From positions 1-57,949 of the IMG/VR virus record IMGVR_UViG_3300043580_000084: DNA of 57,949 nt; one strand, written 5' to 3'. Origin of the DNA: a virus. Lineage: Duplodnaviria > Caudoviricetes. Shown one piece after another: positions 54,104 to 57,949 of this stretch. Position 1 is the stretch's first letter, and each line of letters starts with the position of its first letter. Below the pieces are notes generated by a model that was not told where the DNA came from, made no database searches, and worked only from the letters and a program-made list of their open reading frames with translations. The translations under genes were made by a program, and so were the position numbers.

Positions 54104-54400
54104 TCACTTATTGAAGTTGACCCGTGGCCGTCCACGGGTGACCTTCGCCCGGATCAGGACCTCCATGCCCAGGGTCTCGGCCCAGCTCTTCAGCGTGGAC
54201 AGTTGGATGTCCCCTTCCCCGCTCTCCAGCTGACTGACCCGGGCTGGGCCGCTGTAGCCCATCCGCCGAGCCACGTCCCACTGATTCCAGCCGCGAGCCA
54301 GTCGCTCCTTCCTCAGCGCCTGGATGATCGGGTCCAGTTCCTCGGTGCTCTCCTCGTCTTCGACCTCTTCGGTCACCTCGACGACGTCTTCAGTTTCCAT
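54104..54400 (-). CDS. XRE-family HTH regulator
   Basis: LRKERLARGWNQWDVARRMG..VSQLESG..TLKSWAETLG; GGAGG RBS. Confidence 0.85.
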   Translation of the reverse strand: METEDVVEVTEEVEDEESTEELDPIIQALRKERLARGWNQWDVARRMGYSGPARVSQLESGEGDIQLSTLKSWAETLGMEVLIRAKVTRGRPRVNFNK

Positions 54401-54741
54401 AGTTCCTCCTTCAAACTGGCGACCTCCGCCAGAGCTTGAGCCAGAGCCTCTCGGAGTTCGGGGGTGCCGTCCAAGCCGAGTCGGTTGTCTGGTGACTGCA
54501 CCCAGAGACCCTGGGGGCAGGGGACGATGTGCAGGGTGGTCTTGCGCCACCAGGCGGCACTGCGCAGCTTCTTGATGATGGCCTCGTCGGAGACCAGGGG
54601 CGGGAAGTGAAGCCCTCTGGTTACCAGGTGCAGGTGACCGTCGAACAGACTGTTCAGGTAGAACTTGGACAGTCGCCAGTGGCTGAGCAGCATCCCGTTC
54701 CACATGGGCTGACCGTCGAACGGGTTGTCCGGCTCGGTCAC
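54373..54741 (-). CDS. hypothetical protein
   Basis: GGAGG RBS, GTGA overlap. Confidence 0.55.
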   Translation of the reverse strand: MTEPDNPFDGQPMWNGMLLSHWRLSKFYLNSLFDGHLHLVTRGLHFPPLVSDEAIIKKLRSAAWWRKTTLHIVPCPQGLWVQSPDNRLGLDGTPELREALAQALAEVASLKEELWKLKTSSR

Positions 54742-55295
54742 GCCGCCACCTCCTCCTGGTCCCCGGTCAGGTAGTGCCAGATCCGGTCCAGGTTGGCCTG
54801 GACGAGGCCCTGGGTCGGGTTGGGCGCCACCAGTAGGGCACCGGCGTTGCGGAACAGCCGCCGCTCGTCCTTGCTCATGTCCGGGTGGCAGGCGTCGTCG
54901 TCGGTCCAGATGAGGTTGCCCCCACTGTCCCGTAGCGCCCGCTGTGCTCCTGGCAGCTTCCACCAGCCCCGGGCGCCTTTCGTCCAGCCCTCGTACTCGG
55001 GGGCTGGGAGCACATCGAACGGGTGCAGGCCCACGGCCTCACCCACCTTGTTCGACTCGTCGGCCCAGGTGCTGTGCCACAGGACCGTAGCCAGACCTTC
55101 GTCGTCGATCCGGTTGATGAACTCCACCACCGGGCGCGCGGTCAGGATCGGCCACGCCCTGTCACTGTGTCGGTTGAAGATCTCCAAGTCCATCCAGGCG
55201 TCTCGGGGCCAGGCGTTGGGCAACGGGTCCCGGTTGCGTGGACAGGCGTTGATGACGCCGTCGATGTCCAGCAGCCAGATTGCTGTACTACTCAT
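54738..55295 (-). CDS. HAD-superfamily phosphatase (RNA-repair 'Swiss army knife' type)
   Basis: LLDIDGVIN, VLWHSTW, WWK, LIWTDDD, P..GL. Confidence 0.8.
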   Translation of the reverse strand: MSSTAIWLLDIDGVINACPRNRDPLPNAWPRDAWMDLEIFNRHSDRAWPILTARPVVEFINRIDDEGLATVLWHSTWADESNKVGEAVGLHPFDVLPAPEYEGWTKGARGWWKLPGAQRALRDSGGNLIWTDDDACHPDMSKDERRLFRNAGALLVAPNPTQGLVQANLDRIWHYLTGDQEEVAA

Positions 55296-55587
55296 CTCGT
55301 TTCACCTCCTCGTACTCTTTCTCCAGCTTCCATTCCAGCTCCCCCATCGTGTTTCTGATCTTGGGCCAGATCTCCGGTGTGAAGGTTATATCGAAGATCA
55401 CCGCTTCGTCGTCGCCGTACACAATCTCCATATACAGCTCCGGCTCCGCGGACTCCAGCACCAGCGAATGACCCAGCCGCAGCTTGAAGTCCCCCGACTC
55501 CCGCAGCCGGCGCACCAGCCACCGGATCGCGCGGATCTCCAGGCGAGGTTTCTCTTCCTCGCTGCGATCCACGATCCGCCACGTCAC
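55288..55587 (-). CDS. hypothetical protein
   Basis: Operon position. Confidence 0.6.
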   Translation of the reverse strand: MTWRIVDRSEEEKPRLEIRAIRWLVRRLRESGDFKLRLGHSLVLESAEPELYMEIVYGDDEAVIFDITFTPEIWPKIRNTMGELEWKLEKEYEEVKRDE

Positions 55588-55700
55588 AGGGTGACCAGGT
55601 AGATGCAGATGGCCAGGAAGAGGGCTAACCCCACTACCCCGAACAGCTGGACCATGGCCTCCCAGATGATCGTGGGGCGGTCCCAGAAGTGCTGTTTCAC
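55584..55700 (-). CDS. small membrane peptide
   Basis: Single TM; overlap with next gene. Confidence 0.5.
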   Translation of the reverse strand: MKQHFWDRPTIIWEAMVQLFGVVGLALFLAICIYLVTL

Positions 55701-55753
55701 CAATTCTTGTCCTCTCCTTCGTGGAGGTCCTTCAGGTACTGGACCTCTTCCTC

Positions 55754-56062
55754 CTACTCGGCGAGCTGACGGTGCAAGTCCGCGACCTCCTCATTGAGGA
55801 ACGCGACCTGGTCCCGTAGTTCCTTGACCTTGTCGCCCTGTTCCGCGATGGTGACCCGCTGCCGGACGATGATCCCGGCCTGCTGGTTCAGCTCCTGGTT
55901 CTGCTGTTCAATCTGGTCCTGCTGGGCCCGGATGAAGTGGGCCAGGCGCTGTATATCCGAGCGGGGGTCGTCCCCGGTGCAGGTGCAGCCCATGGGGAGC
56001 CCGGCGTCGCAGTAGCCGCAGAGCTTCAGCCACTTCTCGGCGATCGCATCAAGATCAATCAT
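55754..56062 (-). CDS. Cys-motif plus coiled-coil protein
   Basis: CGYCD...CTC then heptads. Confidence 0.65.
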   Translation of the reverse strand: MIDLDAIAEKWLKLCGYCDAGLPMGCTCTGDDPRSDIQRLAHFIRAQQDQIEQQNQELNQQAGIIVRQRVTIAEQGDKVKELRDQVAFLNEEVADLHRQLAE

Positions 56063-56306
56063 CGACCCTCACCAGGTCCTCCGGTTTCATCCCGAATACC
56101 TTCCACAGCGGCATCATCGAATCAGGCGTTAGCCGGGTGTAACGGATCACGCTCATGGTGCCGTCTTCGAAGTAGCTGTAGATCTGATAGACGTCGCCGT
56201 CTCCGCCACTGGCCAGCCGGTACTGGACATCTGGGGGGTGACTCCTAGCCAGGTCCTTGATGACCTGTGGCCGGTCGCGTAGCCACTCCTCCAGCTCCTT
56301 GTTCAT
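56055..56306 (-). CDS. hypothetical protein
   Basis: Coupled to the RNA ligase gene. Confidence 0.65.
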   Translation of the reverse strand: MNKELEEWLRDRPQVIKDLARSHPPDVQYRLASGGDGDVYQIYSYFEDGTMSVIRYTRLTPDSMMPLWKVFGMKPEDLVRVDD

Positions 56307-56932
56307 GCCTGGAAGTCCTTTGCTTTGATCTTGACGATTAGGCGGTGACCCGACCGGTCCAGTAGTCCGGCGGCGGTCACACCGACCACCCCTTCGGCCA
56401 CCAGGGTCGGATTCCAGGTCGACCGGAGGTCACCTTTTACCCGCTCAATGGCGGCTGGGATGGAGCCTGAGAGCACCAGGGGCACGTGGTCCAGCCCCAG
56501 GCTCTCTGCGACGTCCAGGCTGTCGTCCCGCAGCAGCCACCAGTCCCCGATGCGCACGTCGAACAGGACGTACGACATATCCGGACGGTAGTTGCCACCT
56601 TTCTGGATGCCGGCCCCATAGCCTTCGCCGTACAAGGTGACCGGCCGCTCGTTGAACTTCTGCTCGAACAGCTCCTCGGGCAGCAACTGATCCAGGGCCT
56701 GGATGAGCTTGGCCGGGATCTGGGCGTTGTCGGTGCGGCCCCCGTAGATGACCTTGTGACCATCCCAGTGGACCCGGATGTTTGTCCCGTCAACCTTCTC
56801 AGTCCAGTACCAGTTCAGCCCTGCTGTTACCTCTAGCGCGGGCGAGGACCAGGCACCTTCGATGAGCTTGTTGCGGTTCGGCCCCTCTGTCTCTCGGAGG
56901 AAGGGCCCAGGGCTCTTCTGAAATTCCTTCAC
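56303..56932 (-). CDS. ATP-dependent RNA ligase (Rnl2-like nucleotidyltransferase domain)
   Basis: TEKVDGTN (I), LYGEGYG (III), VLFDV (IIIa), AEGVV (IV), IVKIK (V). Confidence 0.88.
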   Translation of the reverse strand: MKEFQKSPGPFLRETEGPNRNKLIEGAWSSPALEVTAGLNWYWTEKVDGTNIRVHWDGHKVIYGGRTDNAQIPAKLIQALDQLLPEELFEQKFNERPVTLYGEGYGAGIQKGGNYRPDMSYVLFDVRIGDWWLLRDDSLDVAESLGLDHVPLVLSGSIPAAIERVKGDLRSTWNPTLVAEGVVGVTAAGLLDRSGHRLIVKIKAKDFQA

Positions 56933-56993
56933 CCCCTGACCCTACCCCCCACCCCTCCCCCGGGTCAATCCCTATCTTTTCTCGGTTTCTTGG
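56912..56993 (-). repeat. 82-bp inverted repeat, copy B (promoter plus leaderless start of the RNA ligase)
   Basis: Exact reverse complement of 1-82. Confidence 0.95.
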
Positions 56994-57125
56994 TATTCAG
57001 TCAACTCATTCTTAGGTAAATCGCTCCTATGTAAAATCAACCTAGGTTGACAGATAGGCACAGTGTTACAAGAAACCGGTTTCCCCTCGAATGAGTAGAT
57101 GAAAAGCCACCGTTTCCATTAAATG

Positions 57126-57488
57126 TCAAGAACCTGGCACTCCGTGGATCTTGTCCTCCAGTTCCTCCAGTTCCCTGACCAGGGCAGCCCTCTGATCCGT
57201 GCTAGACCCTGCGTCAGGGTCTGCTTGCACAGAGTGAGGTTTCAGGAGTCCGTAGATGGCCGTCAACCTGTCCAGCACCCTGATCCCGGCCTCGATGTAG
57301 CGAGGATCACGACGGAACCCCAGCTCCACAGACTCTTGATCAGGGTTGATGTGCGGTTCACAGGCCCGCCACACCTGTTCCAGGCGCTGCACCACCAGGG
57401 CCCGGACGTAGGGCCCGGAGTCGGCCACGTGCTCCTCGTTGATCCCGGCCTCACCGGGGACCATGACACCCGGTTCCAGTTGTTCCAT
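57126..57488 (-). CDS. putative terminase-small-subunit-like protein
   Basis: QRLEQVW..DPRYIEAGIRVLDRLTAIYGL resembles phage TerS-like helical motifs. Confidence 0.45.
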   Translation of the reverse strand: MEQLEPGVMVPGEAGINEEHVADSGPYVRALVVQRLEQVWRACEPHINPDQESVELGFRRDPRYIEAGIRVLDRLTAIYGLLKPHSVQADPDAGSSTDQRAALVRELEELEDKIHGVPGS

Positions 57489-57689
57489 GGCGTCAGGGTG
57501 CGCGTGGCAAAGATGCATATCAACATGCACTCCAACTACTGACAGGTTCCTTAACAGTAACCAGGCACACAGGCTCCAGGATCTTGGCAGCCTCCGCCAA
57601 CGTATCGAAACAGAGTCATGTGACCAGAGGCGATCCGGACCAGGGACCAGACTATGCTGAGCCTGGACCTGGTCCATGATCAAGAAACC

Positions 57690-57949
57690 GGTTGCCTGCG
57701 CCCCCTGGGGCTAGTACATGTGTACAGTGCCCGGGGCAGGACCCCTGGGATCAGGGTCATGGGGCCTAGGTGGGGGGGTCAAGATCCTTGATCTTGATGT
57801 GTTGATCTAGGTACTAGTAGTAGTTGCTTGAGCAAGCAACTAGTTATGGACAGAAAGATCCCGGTGAAAATCCCTGTACCCCAGGGCCCTGGGGAAGGGC
57901 CCTGGGGAGGGGGGTGGGTGGTCAGAAACCGACTACCTCAGACAGAAAT
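57690..57949. other. non-coding region rich in palindromes and CCCTGGG repeats (ori/pac candidate)
   Basis: tagttgcttg-ag-caagcaacta; tcaagatc/gatcttga; several ccctggg copies. Confidence 0.4.

Noticed and set aside
56912-56993. Inverted repeat as transposon or IS ends
   Set aside because: No transposase recognised, and the repeat consists of a promoter and coding start.
1-57949. Integrated prophage or attP site
   Set aside because: No integrase, att-like direct repeat or host flanking genes recognised.

Overview
Apparently near-complete ~58 kb genome of a high-GC siphovirus-like actinobacteriophage. DUF397, I36-type secreted proteins and an Spd-like protein point to a filamentous actinomycete host. 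Left arm (mostly minus strand): two ParB/Srx-like genes, a Prim-Pol/SF3 helicase fusion, an SSB-like protein, a Cas4-like exonuclease, an HTH protein and a small RNA operon. Plus-strand core (9.7-44.3 kb): terminase large subunit, portal, MuF-like protein, 863-aa protease fusion, a 2148-aa protein with an apparently inactive ADP-ribosyltransferase fold and ~7 HeH/SAP/Rho-N-like repeats, major capsid, tail module, a glycosylation cassette (4 glycosyltransferases, methyltransferase, epimerase, DUF397) and lysis genes. Right arm (minus strand): many small genes, including RusA, an SPFH lipoprotein, two paralog sets, a degenerate LAGLIDADG protein, a HAD phosphatase and an RNA ligase. No integrase or family A/B DNA polymerase was recognised. 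Most notable: (i) RNA ligase and HAD phosphatase alongside six tRNA/tRNA-like genes, four of them non-canonical (CUA amber-type, bulged CAA, 6-nt loop, D-armless mini-tRNA); (ii) a perfect 82-bp inverted repeat (1-82 / 56912-56993) duplicating a promoter and the ligase N-terminus; (iii) a CCCCGGGG motif shared by promoter spacers. All family assignments are from motif recognition by eye, not database searches.
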